A DNA stretch of 64,000 nt from Arenicellales bacterium (GCA_965231865.1 CBDDOJ010000002.1:493837-557836), one strand, 5' to 3'. Counted from the first letter of the stretch, positions 27,000 to 36,565 are shown. The notes: generated by a model from the letters alone, not told the origin. Numbers and translations: made by a program.

Positions 27000-28356
27000 C
27001 CAGCTGGACAGGGCCGCTGCACCAGACACGGATACGATTGCCGCGGTCGCAAGCCCTCCGGGCAAGGGCGGGATCAGCATCGTTCGGGTTTCAGGACCCC
27101 GGGTTCCGGAGATTGCCCAGGGGCTGGCAGGGAGTCTTCCGGCGCCCAGGATGGCGGAATGCACCGCTTTTCGGGATGGAAACCACGCCCCCATTGATCA
27201 CGGCATCGCGCTGTATTTCCCGGCTCCGGAAAGCTATACCGGGGAGCATGTCCTGGAAATACAGGGGCATGGCAGCCCGGTTGTCATGGGTCTCCTGCTT
27301 CGCCGGTGCCTGGAACTGGGCTGCAGGCATGCCAGGCCGGGAGAATTCAGTGAGCGGGCATTCCTGAACGGCAAACTGGACCTGGTCCAGGCGGAAGCGG
27401 TTGCCGATCTCATCGAAAGCAGCAACGAGTCGGCGGCGCAATCCGCCCTTCGGTCTCTGCAGGGAAATTTTTCCGTTCGCATTCACGATCTGGTGGATGA
27501 GGTCTGCGGGCTGCGGCTCTTTATTGAGGCCGCCATCGACTTTCCCGAGGAGGAGATCGATTTTCTGGAAGACGGCAACGTGATACAGCGCCTGGAACGG
27601 ATCGTGGAAAAGTTTGCGGCACTGCGGCAGTCGGTCCAGTTGGGAAAGCGGTTGCGGGACGGGCTCAAGGTGGTATTGACCGGGTTGCCCAACGCCGGGA
27701 AATCCAGCCTTTTGAATGCACTGTCCGAGGAACAGCGGGCCATTGTCAGCGAGTTGCCGGGAACAACCCGGGATACCCTCGACCAGACGATACTCCTTGA
27801 CGGCCTGCCGGTGGAAATCATTGACACGGCGGGAATACGCGATACGATCAACGAAATTGAGGCGGAAGGGGTGCGCAGGGCCCGGCATGCACAACAGGGA
27901 GCGGACCTGATACTGGTTGTCGTCGACGATGCCAGGATCAGCGAGGGGGAATTCAATGCCCTGATGGACGCACAGGCCGGCGGCGTCCGGAAGATTGTTG
28001 TCAGGAATAAAATCGACCTCAGTCACCGCACCACCGTGGAGAATGATGACGAGGTGTGTATCTCCGCCCTGACTGGCCAGGGGCTTGCCGGCCTCAAGGA
28101 AAGGATCAAGGAAATCGCCGGCTTCAGGAGCCTGGATGATTCCTGTTTCATTGCCCGGGAAAGACACCTGGATGCCCTCAACCGGGCAGAGAGCTTTCTG
28201 AAAAGCGGTCTTCAGCAGCAGCGAGAGTTTCGGGCCGGGGAACTGCTCGCCGATGACCTTCATTCATGCCAAAAGGCCCTGGGCGAAATTACCGGAGAGA
28301 TTTCCAGCGATGATTTGCTCGGCATGATTTTCAGTTCCTTTTGCATCGGCAAGTAA
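26986..28356 (+). CDS. mnmE: tRNA modification GTPase MnmE
   Basis: DTIAAVASPPGKGGISIVRVSG, GLPNAGKSSLLNAL and a C-terminal FCIGK are present. No in-frame ATG or GTG lies between the yidC stop and the conserved N-terminus, so the start is uncertain: TTG 26986 or CTG 27004. Confidence 0.85.
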   Translation: MRTPDQLDRAAAPDTDTIAAVASPPGKGGISIVRVSGPRVPEIAQGLAGSLPAPRMAECTAFRDGNHAPIDHGIALYFPAPESYTGEHVLEIQGHGSPVVMGLLLRRCLELGCRHARPGEFSERAFLNGKLDLVQAEAVADLIESSNESAAQSALRSLQGNFSVRIHDLVDEVCGLRLFIEAAIDFPEEEIDFLEDGNVIQRLERIVEKFAALRQSVQLGKRLRDGLKVVLTGLPNAGKSSLLNALSEEQRAIVSELPGTTRDTLDQTILLDGLPVEIIDTAGIRDTINEIEAEGVRRARHAQQGADLILVVVDDARISEGEFNALMDAQAGGVRKIVVRNKIDLSHRTTVENDDEVCISALTGQGLAGLKERIKEIAGFRSLDDSCFIARERHLDALNRAESFLKSGLQQQREFRAGELLADDLHSCQKALGEITGEISSDDLLGMIFSSFCIGK

Positions 28357-28424
28357 AGTATTTGATATATAATGCGAATGTCCGGACAGTCGGAGGGTTG
28401 ATCGCTTCCGTGGAACAAATCAAG

Positions 28425-29462
28425 ATGACAACGAACACGCCTCAACACAGTTACACCCGAAACATCCCGTTGCAAATGACCCTGGTGCTGGCGCTGCTTG
28501 CCGTGGTGACCATATGGCAGCGGGACATCGTCTACCAGATCTATTTTGCCAACCAGGTGAATACCGTTGGCTGGGCAATCAACGGAGGCATTGCCCTCCT
28601 TTTTGTCAGCGGGCTGGCGGAACTGGTCAAACGGTTTTTTGAATACCGTAACCAGGAGCTGTCAATCAATCGTTTTATCGCCAACGTCACCCACAATGAA
28701 GACCCGTTGCTGGGCATTGAGGAGTCGGACATGGTGGCAGAACGGTTCCTGACGCTGAAGTCCCTGAACCGCCGCCGGGCCAATATCAACCAAAGCGCCC
28801 TGGCGGCGACCCTGTTGGCGTCGGAATCAAGCCGCAACAGTTTCCTCAAGTTTGTGCACAATGTCCTGATCCTGACCGGCGTGTTCGGCACCATCGTTTC
28901 CCTCTCGATTGCCCTGTTGGGGGCCTCCGACATTTTACAGAGCAGCGGCCAGGTTGCCCCGGCGGCCGGCACCGGGCAGGCGGAGGGTCTGGGTACGATG
29001 ATCTTTGGCATGTCCACGGCACTGTCCACCACCTTGACGGCCATCATGGCGTACCTGTTTTTCGGGTATTTCTACATCAAGCTCACCGATACCCAGACGT
29101 TTCTGATCAGTAAAATTGAAGAAGTCACGGCCACCACACTGCTGCCTCATCTGCAATTGAACCAGGATGTCGTGATCAAGGATTATTCGGACAGTATTCT
29201 TGCGGCCACTGAACTGGTCAAAACCCTGACCCAATCCCAAAAAGCGTATGCCGAGTCTGCGGATTCCCTGCGACTGGCCGCACAGGAACTCACGGACCAG
29301 GCAGCACGGGTGACCGACCAGCACGGGGCGTTGCAGGATTTGCTGCCCCGAATCCATGACATGATTGAGCAACAGCAAAACACCTCCAGACACAATGCGG
29401 AAAACATGGATGAAGTCGTCGCACTGTTGAGAAGGGGTTTTCGTCTCCGGTCTGACGGGTAG
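28425..29462 (+). CDS. MotA/TolQ/ExbB-like proton-channel family membrane protein with a helical C-terminal tail
   Basis: 345 aa from an internal ATG, with four hydrophobic helices. The last two (LILTGVFGTIVSLSIALLGA and MIFGMSTALSTTLTAIMAYLFFGYF) resemble the MotA_ExbB channel core. About 110 aa of Q/E/A/L-rich tail follows. Confidence 0.65.
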   Translation: MTTNTPQHSYTRNIPLQMTLVLALLAVVTIWQRDIVYQIYFANQVNTVGWAINGGIALLFVSGLAELVKRFFEYRNQELSINRFIANVTHNEDPLLGIEESDMVAERFLTLKSLNRRRANINQSALAATLLASESSRNSFLKFVHNVLILTGVFGTIVSLSIALLGASDILQSSGQVAPAAGTGQAEGLGTMIFGMSTALSTTLTAIMAYLFFGYFYIKLTDTQTFLISKIEEVTATTLLPHLQLNQDVVIKDYSDSILAATELVKTLTQSQKAYAESADSLRLAAQELTDQAARVTDQHGALQDLLPRIHDMIEQQQNTSRHNAENMDEVVALLRRGFRLRSDG

Positions 29463-29473
29463 GGGCGCCTCCC

Positions 29474-30985
29474 GTGCCGGAATCCAGGGGATTTATCGAT
29501 CTTAGGGTCGGGCATGGCGCCGCCGGGATCGGCGATGAAAGCATCTGGCCGTCTTTCACGGATATCATGACCGTGATTGTCATGATATTCATGATGGCAC
29601 TGGTGATCATCATGGTACGGAATTTCGAGTTGAATCGTGAACTGGTCTCCACGATTTCCGCCAAGGAAGCCACCACCCGGGCCAGCGAGCAGCTTGCAGC
29701 AGAACTCACGGAACTGTCCGGGTTGCTGGAGGATGCCGAAAATCGGGGTGCATTGTTACAGGCCGACCTGGAGTCGGGGCTCAGGAGACTGGCGGCACTG
29801 ACCTCGGAACATGCGTTGCTGACCTCGGAACATGAAGCGGTTGTCCTGCAACGTGAACAGCTGGAACAGGAAAACCTGGGGCTTGAGGCCGACCGGAAAG
29901 CCTCTTTGGTGGAAATCGTCAAACTCAACACCAATGCACAGATGCTGAATCGGCAACTGGATGCGTTGAGCCAGGAACTGGCGATTCTGCAGGTCCAGTC
30001 GGACGAGCAGATTGCATCGTTGACGGCGCAGAAACAGGGCCTGGGAGAAAAACTGGACACGGTTTCCCGGCAGCTGGAGGAACTCACGGCGCAATGGTCC
30101 AGGGCCCAATCGGAAAACCGGGAACTGTCCCGGGAAGTGGAGGCATTGCAGGCCGGCCGGGCGGAGGCCGAGCAGCGCTACACGGTTGCCCGGGAAGATA
30201 TCCTGCAACTCGAGGAACTGGTCCGGCGCCGGGAATCCGAAATCGTTGTCCTGGAGGCGGACCGGGAAGCGTCGAGGGTGGCAATGGATGACCTCAATGC
30301 CAATGTCCGGGCACTGAACCGGCAGATTGAAACCTTAAGCCGGCAGTTTTCTGCATTGGAAATCGAATCCGGCGAACAGATCACGTCGATTTCCGAAGAG
30401 AAACGCAGTCTGAGCGCCAACCTGGACCTTGTTTCCGGGCAACTGGATGTCTTCAGGGAGCTATTGGTGCAGGCCCAGGCACAAAACCGGGAATTGTCCC
30501 GGGAAGTGGAGGCATTGCAGGCCGGCCGTTCGGAAGCCGAGCAGCGCTATACGGTTGCCCGGGAAGATATCCTGCAACTTGAGGAACTGGTCCGGCACCG
30601 GGAATCCGAAAATGCAGACCTTGCGGCCCGGTCCGCAAGTTTCAGCGAGCAATTTGAATCCCTGCAGGATGAATACGACCGGTTGACCGAAGAATATCGC
30701 AGGCTCATCCGGGCGGCGCGAAGTCCGGCGGGGAAATACGTGGTGGAAGTCCGGTTGGAAAAATCCGCGGCAGGGTTTGTTTACCGGATACGTGAACCCG
30801 GGGACAGCCAACCGGTGGTGGTCACCAAAGCCCGGTTGGAGGAGAGGTTGCAGGCCATGAAAACAGAGAAGGGAAAATCCCTCTACACCAAAATTATCAT
30901 TCCCGGAAACAACCGGCTTTCCCACAATGAGGCCTGGCAGTTTACCTGGGAAATCCTGCGGAAGTACGACTACTATTACCAGTAG
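29474..30985 (+). CDS. ExbD/TolR/MotB-like single-pass protein with a ~350-aa duplicated coiled coil
   Basis: 503 aa from a GTG start. The TM segment WPSFTDIMTVIVMIFMMALVII carries the stator-type Asp. A long heptad-like E/L/Q/R region holds two 123-aa repeats. The C-terminal VVEVRLEKSAAGFVYRI..LYTKIIIPGNNRLSHNEAWQFTWEIL is shaped like an ExbD periplasmic domain. Confidence 0.65.
   Translation: MPESRGFIDLRVGHGAAGIGDESIWPSFTDIMTVIVMIFMMALVIIMVRNFELNRELVSTISAKEATTRASEQLAAELTELSGLLEDAENRGALLQADLESGLRRLAALTSEHALLTSEHEAVVLQREQLEQENLGLEADRKASLVEIVKLNTNAQMLNRQLDALSQELAILQVQSDEQIASLTAQKQGLGEKLDTVSRQLEELTAQWSRAQSENRELSREVEALQAGRAEAEQRYTVAREDILQLEELVRRRESEIVVLEADREASRVAMDDLNANVRALNRQIETLSRQFSALEIESGEQITSISEEKRSLSANLDLVSGQLDVFRELLVQAQAQNRELSREVEALQAGRSEAEQRYTVAREDILQLEELVRHRESENADLAARSASFSEQFESLQDEYDRLTEEYRRLIRAARSPAGKYVVEVRLEKSAAGFVYRIREPGDSQPVVVTKARLEERLQAMKTEKGKSLYTKIIIPGNNRLSHNEAWQFTWEILRKYDYYYQ
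30114..30243 (+). repeat. intragenic repeat core, copy 1
   Basis: This 130 bp encodes NRELSREVEALQAGRAEAEQRYTVAREDILQLEELVRRRESE. About 8 mismatches separate it from the copy at 30483-30612. Confidence 0.9.
30483..30612 (+). repeat. intragenic repeat core, copy 2
   Basis: It lies 369 bp (123 codons) downstream of copy 1 and encodes NRELSREVEALQAGRSEAEQRYTVAREDILQLEELVRHRESE. Confidence 0.9.
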
Positions 30986-31028
30986 ATGAAAAAGAGGATT
31001 TCTCCCGAGAACGTGAATCAGTGATGCC

Positions 31029-32909
31029 ATGAAATACCCGGAAAAATTTGAAGTCATCGTGATTGGAGGCGGCCACGCCGGCGTGGAGGCTGCGTTGGCG
31101 GCTGCGCGGATGCAGTGCAAAACGCTTCTGGTGACGCACAACATCGAAACCATTGGACAGATGTCCTGCAATCCGGCTATCGGGGGCATCGGCAAGGGGC
31201 ACATTGTCCGGGAAATTGATGCAATGGGCGGGGTGATGGCCAGGGCCATTGACCAGGCAGGCATACACTTCCGGGTATTGAATGCACGCAAGGGTCCCGC
31301 GGTTCAGGCCACCCGGGCCCAGGCCGACCGGGCGCTGTATAAAATGGCGATACGCGGGTGTGTCGACCGACAGGCCAACCTCACCGTTTTCCAGCAGGGG
31401 GTGGATGATCTGCAGGTGCGGGGAGGCCGGATTACCGGTGTTCGGACCCAGTTGGGCGTGGAATTCGAAGCCCCGGTCGTGATCCTTACTGCCGGGACGT
31501 TTTTGAACGGAAGGATTCATATTGGCATGGACAACGCCCAGGGAGGCCGGGCCGGGGACCCGCCCTCCATTGCCCTGGCGCACCGGTTGCGGGAACTGCC
31601 GCTGAATGTCGAGCGGTTGAAAACCGGCACGCCGCCGCGTATCGATGGAAAGACCATCGACTACGATAACCTGGAGGTCCAGCCCGGGGATGACCCGGTT
31701 CCGGTGTTTTCATTTACCGGTGACCCGTCCGAGCACCCCCGGCAAATACACTGCCATATTACCCACACCAACGAACAAACCCATGCCATCATCCGTGGTG
31801 CCCTGGACCGCTCTCCCATCTACGGGGGGGTCATTGAAGGCGTGGGCCCGCGGTACTGTCCCTCCATAGAAGATAAAGTGGTTCGGTTTGCCGGGCATGA
31901 AAGCCACCAGATATTCATTGAGCCGGAAGGGTTGAATACCGCTGAAATCTATCCAAACGGAATCTCTACCAGCCTGCCCTTTGATGTCCAGTTTTCCCTT
32001 GTCAGGACCATCCGGGGATTTGAAAACGCGTTGATTACACGGCCGGGGTATGCCATTGAATACGATTTCTTTGATCCCAGGGGATTGAAGGATTCCCTGG
32101 AAACAAAATGCATTGACGGGTTGTTTTTCGCCGGGCAGATCAATGGAACCACCGGGTATGAAGAGGCCGCGGGACAGGGCCTGATTGCGGGCCTGAATGC
32201 AGCATTGAGGATCCAGGGTGAAGCCCCGTGGTGTCCGGCACGCAGTGAAGCCTATATCGGGGTGATGATTGACGACCTCGTAACCCGGGGGACTGCGGAG
32301 CCATACCGGATGTTTACGTCCCGGGCAGAATACCGGCTGCAACTGCGGGAAGACAATGCGGATTTGAGACTAACGGAAAAGGCACACCAGCTGGGGCTGG
32401 TCAGTGACCGGCGGGTCCGGATTCTTGAGAACAAAAGAAACGCCATCGAAAAGGAAAAAGCCCGGCTGGAAAAAACCTGGATACATCCGGACAAAACGGA
32501 CAGGCAAACGGTGCAGGACATCCTCGGGCAGCCATTGCAGCGGGAAGCCAATTTAATGGATTTGCTCAGAAGACCCGAAATCAGCTACCAGGACGTGGTT
32601 GCACTGGGGGGTCTGGAGCATCCCCTTGTAGAGATGCAAAGTATCCGGCAACTGGAAATCCAGGCCCGTTACAGCGGTTATATCGAGCGTCAGGTTGCGG
32701 AAATCGCACGCCTGGAGAAAAGCAATGGGGTGAAGATTCCGGCGGACTTCAATTATGGCGATGTGCGCAACCTGTCCAGCGAAGTCCATCAGAAACTTTC
32801 CGAAGCCCGCCCCCAGACCATTGGCCAGGCTGCCAGGATTCCCGGGGTGACCCCTGCGGCCATCTCCCTGTTACTGGTCCATTTAAGGAAAATCAGGGAG
32901 GCGGCCTGA
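31029..32909 (+). CDS. mnmG: tRNA uridine-5-carboxymethylaminomethyl synthesis enzyme MnmG (GidA)
   Basis: 626 aa with [36 protein letters not shown] and [11 protein letters not shown]. Confidence 0.95.
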   Translation: MKYPEKFEVIVIGGGHAGVEAALAAARMQCKTLLVTHNIETIGQMSCNPAIGGIGKGHIVREIDAMGGVMARAIDQAGIHFRVLNARKGPAVQATRAQADRALYKMAIRGCVDRQANLTVFQQGVDDLQVRGGRITGVRTQLGVEFEAPVVILTAGTFLNGRIHIGMDNAQGGRAGDPPSIALAHRLRELPLNVERLKTGTPPRIDGKTIDYDNLEVQPGDDPVPVFSFTGDPSEHPRQIHCHITHTNEQTHAIIRGALDRSPIYGGVIEGVGPRYCPSIEDKVVRFAGHESHQIFIEPEGLNTAEIYPNGISTSLPFDVQFSLVRTIRGFENALITRPGYAIEYDFFDPRGLKDSLETKCIDGLFFAGQINGTTGYEEAAGQGLIAGLNAALRIQGEAPWCPARSEAYIGVMIDDLVTRGTAEPYRMFTSRAEYRLQLREDNADLRLTEKAHQLGLVSDRRVRILENKRNAIEKEKARLEKTWIHPDKTDRQTVQDILGQPLQREANLMDLLRRPEISYQDVVALGGLEHPLVEMQSIRQLEIQARYSGYIERQVAEIARLEKSNGVKIPADFNYGDVRNLSSEVHQKLSEARPQTIGQAARIPGVTPAAISLLLVHLRKIREAA

Positions 32910-32969
32910 GAACCGGGGCAGTTCCACTGCTCCACGAATGGTATTTGTGAACGGTATCCGGGTCCGCGG

Positions 32970-34118
32970 TCACAACAGCCGGTCCAGCGCCCGGGTGATA
33001 TCCGCAAGCAGGTCGTCCTGGTTTTCGACCCCCACGGAAAGCCGCAGCAGATTTTCCGGGACCCGGCTGTGCGGGCCCTCTACGGAAGCACGATGTTCAA
33101 TCAGGCTTTCCACTCCGCCCAGGGAGGTGGCCGGAACAAATAAAGTCGTGCCGGAGGCCACCCGTTTTGCATCCTGCGCATCGCCTTTCACAAGCAGCGA
33201 GATCATGCCGCCAAAACCATTCACCATTTGCCGCTTTGCAATGTCATGGCCGGGATGGCTTTCAAGGCCGGGGTACAGGACCGCTTCCAGCCCGGGGTGA
33301 TTTTCCAGGGCCCGGGCCAGTCCCATTGCATTTTGCGAGGCACGTTCGAATCGCAGGAAAAGGGTCCGCATGCCCCGCAGCAGCAACCAGGACTCAAACG
33401 GACCGAGGACTCCCCCCGCCAGGGTCCGTACCAGCTTGATTTCGTCCCAGCGCTCATTGAGGGCCTTGCTTACGAGTATGCCGGCGATGACATCGCTGTG
33501 CCCATTCAGGTATTTCGTGGCGGAATGAAACACCAGGTCGGCGCCGTGGTCCAGCGCACGGGTCGTTACCGGTGGAGAGACCGTGCAATCCACGGCCAGG
33601 ACCGCATTCGCATTGTGTGCCAGGTCCGCTGCCCTGCGGATATCAATCACATCCCACGTCGGGTTGATGGGGGTTTCGATCCAGACCAAGGAGGTTTCCC
33701 CGGACTCAAGGGCCTTTTCCAGGGTATCCATCTTCCCCGCTTCAAAAAAGGTCACCGAAATATTCCGTTTTTCCGAAAGGCGTCTCAGCCAGTCCTGGGT
33801 CCCGTGATACATGACCTGGGGCGCAACAATATGTTCCCCCGTATTGATGGTTTCGAAAACCGCGTTTACGGCGGCCAGGCCGGAAGAGAAGACCAGGGCT
33901 TCTTCCCCGCCATCAAGCATGGCCGCCAGGTGCTCAACCTGCCTGTAGGTGGGGTTGTCCGCCCGACTGTAGGAATACTCCCTGGGGCGGGACGGTCCAT
34001 CGGTCTGTGCGTAGGTCGTGGAAGGGTGAATGGGGGGTACGATGCCTCCGGTGGTTTTGTCAATATAGTGGCAGGCCTGGACCACCAGGGATTCCATGGA
34101 AATTGGTTTGACCGGCAT
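32970..34118 (-). CDS. Cys/Met-metabolism PLP-dependent enzyme (cystathionine gamma-synthase/beta-lyase family)
   Basis: 382 aa with YSRADNPT and HSATKYLNGHSD (PLP lysine). Confidence 0.85.
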   Translation of the reverse strand: MPVKPISMESLVVQACHYIDKTTGGIVPPIHPSTTYAQTDGPSRPREYSYSRADNPTYRQVEHLAAMLDGGEEALVFSSGLAAVNAVFETINTGEHIVAPQVMYHGTQDWLRRLSEKRNISVTFFEAGKMDTLEKALESGETSLVWIETPINPTWDVIDIRRAADLAHNANAVLAVDCTVSPPVTTRALDHGADLVFHSATKYLNGHSDVIAGILVSKALNERWDEIKLVRTLAGGVLGPFESWLLLRGMRTLFLRFERASQNAMGLARALENHPGLEAVLYPGLESHPGHDIAKRQMVNGFGGMISLLVKGDAQDAKRVASGTTLFVPATSLGGVESLIEHRASVEGPHSRVPENLLRLSVGVENQDDLLADITRALDRLL

Positions 34119-34132
34119 ATGGCTGTCCGGGT

Positions 34133-35482
34133 CTATCGGAGGGTCACCAGTTCTTCCGCTGCGGTGGGGTGGATGGCCACGGTGCGGTCGAAATCCTGCT
34201 TGGTGGCACCCATTTTCAGGGCGACGGCAAACCCCTGGATCATTTCATCCGCGGCATGTCCCACCACATGGCATCCCACCACTTTCTCGTTCGGGCCCTG
34301 GACGATGAGTTTTACCAGGGTGCGGGGCTTGTGTTCGCCGATGGCGAACCGCATGTCAACGAACGTGTTTTGGTAAATCCTGATTTCAGACCCGCCATAT
34401 CTTTCCAGGGCCTCCGCTTCGGAAAGGCCAACCGTCCCCACGGGGGGGTGGGAAAAAATAACGGTGGGGATGTTTTCATAGTTCAGCCTGGAATCCGGCT
34501 GGTTGTTGAACAGCCGGTCGGACAACCTGCGCCCGGCGGCGATGGCGACCGGGGTCAGCTGGGCCCGGGGGGTGACATCGCCCACGGCATAAATGCCCGG
34601 GACCGAGGTGTTCTGGAAGTCGTCCACCTGGACAAATCCGCGGGGGTCGACCTCCACCCCGATGGCACTCAGGTTGAGGCCGGCAATGTTGGGATGCCGT
34701 CCGATGGCCCAGATGATGCAGTCATAGCCGTCTTTACCCGTGCCGTCTGAATCCCGGTACCCCAGCGTATTGTGTTCATCTGTGAGGGACTGCAGGTCGA
34801 CTTCCGTCAGAAATTCAATTCCGCTTTCGCGCATGTCAGTCATCACCTTTTGGTGAATGTCATGGTCGAATGTCCTCAGGAGCCTGTCCTTTCGAAGTAG
34901 CATGGTCACTTTGCTGCCGAGGCCATGCAGCAGTCCTGCAAATTCGGTGGCAATGTATCCGGCACCGATCACCAGGATGTTTTCCGGCTGTTTTTCCAGT
35001 TCAAAAAAGCCATCGCTGGTGATCCCGAGGGAGGCGCCGGGGATATCCGGCACACTCGGCCGGCCACCGGTGGCAATCAGGATATGGTCCCCATGGTATT
35101 CCCTGCCGTCGATGCCGATACAGTTTGCAGAACAAAAACCTGCTTCCCCCCGGACCAGGGTCACGCCGGCATGATCCAGGTTGCGTCCGTAGATTCCGTT
35201 CAATCGTTTCACATAGCCATCCCGGGACTGTTTGATCGTGGACCAGTCAAACCCCCTGCGTTCAATGTCAAAACCATAGTGGCCGGCGAGGTCCAGGGTT
35301 TCATTGATCTGGGAGGTGGTCCACATCACTTTTTTGGGAACACAGCCGACGTTGACGCAGGTGCCGCCCAGGGGCCCGTATTCAGCCACCAGGACCCGGG
35401 CGCCGTATTCCGCGGCCCGTCTTGCTGACGCCATCCCCCCGCTGCCGGCCCCAACCACGATAAAATCAAATTTCGCCGTCAT
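34133..35482 (-). CDS. gor: glutathione-disulfide reductase
   Basis: 449 aa with FDFIVVGAGSGGMASARRAA, GGTCVNVGCVPKK and a C-terminal HPTAAEELVTLR. Confidence 0.9.
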   Translation of the reverse strand: MTAKFDFIVVGAGSGGMASARRAAEYGARVLVAEYGPLGGTCVNVGCVPKKVMWTTSQINETLDLAGHYGFDIERRGFDWSTIKQSRDGYVKRLNGIYGRNLDHAGVTLVRGEAGFCSANCIGIDGREYHGDHILIATGGRPSVPDIPGASLGITSDGFFELEKQPENILVIGAGYIATEFAGLLHGLGSKVTMLLRKDRLLRTFDHDIHQKVMTDMRESGIEFLTEVDLQSLTDEHNTLGYRDSDGTGKDGYDCIIWAIGRHPNIAGLNLSAIGVEVDPRGFVQVDDFQNTSVPGIYAVGDVTPRAQLTPVAIAAGRRLSDRLFNNQPDSRLNYENIPTVIFSHPPVGTVGLSEAEALERYGGSEIRIYQNTFVDMRFAIGEHKPRTLVKLIVQGPNEKVVGCHVVGHAADEMIQGFAVALKMGATKQDFDRTVAIHPTAAEELVTLR

Positions 35483-35579
35483 TGAACTGTGTTCAGAAAA
35501 AACCCGATAAATGCTGCCAGAATGCGTCGGTTATACGGATTGAATTCCCGCCAACCCCGGTTCCCCCGGGGTCCGGGGT

Positions 35580-35966
35580 TTAATGGAATACGACTTGTGC
35601 CGACAGGGTAAATGCAGGGATGACGGCATCAAACAGGTCTCCGTTTTCATCCCGCATCTGGTAACTCCCCATCATGGCGCCCACTGGGGTTTGCAAAATG
35701 GCGCCGCTGGTATATTCAAAACTTTCCCCGGGTTTCAAATGCGGATGCTCACCGACCACCCCGGGGCCCCTGACCTCTTCTGTCTTGCCTTCGGAATCCG
35801 TAATGATCCAATGGCGGGTCAGCAGCTGGGCCGCGGTATCCCCCTGATTTTCCATGTGGACCGTATACGCGAAAATGTACTGATTGTTCTCCGGTTCGGA
35901 CTGTTCCTGCAGATAATGGGGGGTTACGGTTATCTTGATTTGCCGATTTGTGCTCATGTCCGACAT
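35580..35966 (-). CDS. apaG: ApaG protein
   Basis: It is an internal ATG of ORF 35580..36095. The product has IKITVTPHYLQEQSEPENNQYIFAYTVHMENQG..LLTRHWIITD..VRGPGVVGEHP. Confidence 0.85.
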   Translation of the reverse strand: MSDMSTNRQIKITVTPHYLQEQSEPENNQYIFAYTVHMENQGDTAAQLLTRHWIITDSEGKTEEVRGPGVVGEHPHLKPGESFEYTSGAILQTPVGAMMGSYQMRDENGDLFDAVIPAFTLSAQVVFH

Positions 35967-36252
35967 TAGAAACCAATCGATTCCGGGATGCAACTGGTTT
36001 AAGCTGACTGCCACGGAAGCGAGGGCATGGAATTTGCCATGACAACAGGCCGCAGTTCCCGCTGACTGGAGGGAGGCAGCAAAAGGGGATCGCATCTTTT
36101 TTCCGGGAAACGGGGATCTGCCGGCCCGGGGTCCCTTATGAGGAAAATTCCCGATTCAAGGCGTTCTGTGCAAGGTAGCCAGGCGGTGTTCGGGTGGGAA
36201 CATTCTTCTTTTCTGCCGCCTGGTCCGGGCACGGCACCGATTCGAACGAGAT

Positions 36253-36292
36253 GGATTACATCATTGAGTATTGTTACTCAATGATGTAATCC
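36253..36292. repeat. perfect 18-bp-stem hairpin/palindrome
   Basis: GGATTACATCATTGAGTA, then ttgt, then TACTCAATGATGTAATCC. It lies in the 600-bp gap between apaG and the AOR operon. Confidence 0.85.
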
Positions 36293-36565
36293 TTGGGTTC
36301 ATGACTGGGTACAGTCGTCGCCTCCGTGAATGCGCCCCGCGAACGCTTGGAAGAATGTCCAAAGCGGCGGGGCTTCGTGTTCGACCCCCCTGATCCGGCC
36401 TATTCCGGAAAAACGTATCGGGGGGAGGGCGGCGCTGCAAAATGGAGGGGGCTTTCATTCTTGAGTCTCCCGGATAGAAGTGATATTGTCTCCGGTATAA
36501 AAAAATCAGTTGTGACACTTGGTTGCAACGGGTGATCAGAATGACAATGACGCAGGAGAACCAGC

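Noticed and set aside
26154-28263. 346-aa and 390-aa minus-strand ORFs (26154..27194 and 27091..28263)
   Set aside because: They are antisense to yidC and mnmE. They have no recognisable motifs and a low-complexity GC-driven composition.
33228-34376. 382-aa plus-strand ORF
   Set aside because: It is the mirror image of the PLP-enzyme gene (32970..34118, minus strand), which carries the SATKYLNGHSD PLP site. This is a shadow ORF.
36225-36262. TTCGAAT T-loop-like sequence on the minus strand, followed by ..GGACCA, suggesting a tRNA 3' end
   Set aside because: The flanking bases form only about 3 bp of T-stem, and no acceptor, D or anticodon arms can be drawn.
36515-36540. TGACACTTGGTTGCA, resembling a sigma-54 -24/-12 promoter upstream of the AOR operon
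   Set aside because: The GG of the -24 element is GA, and the spacing to the GC is one nt short of the consensus. This is too weak to call.
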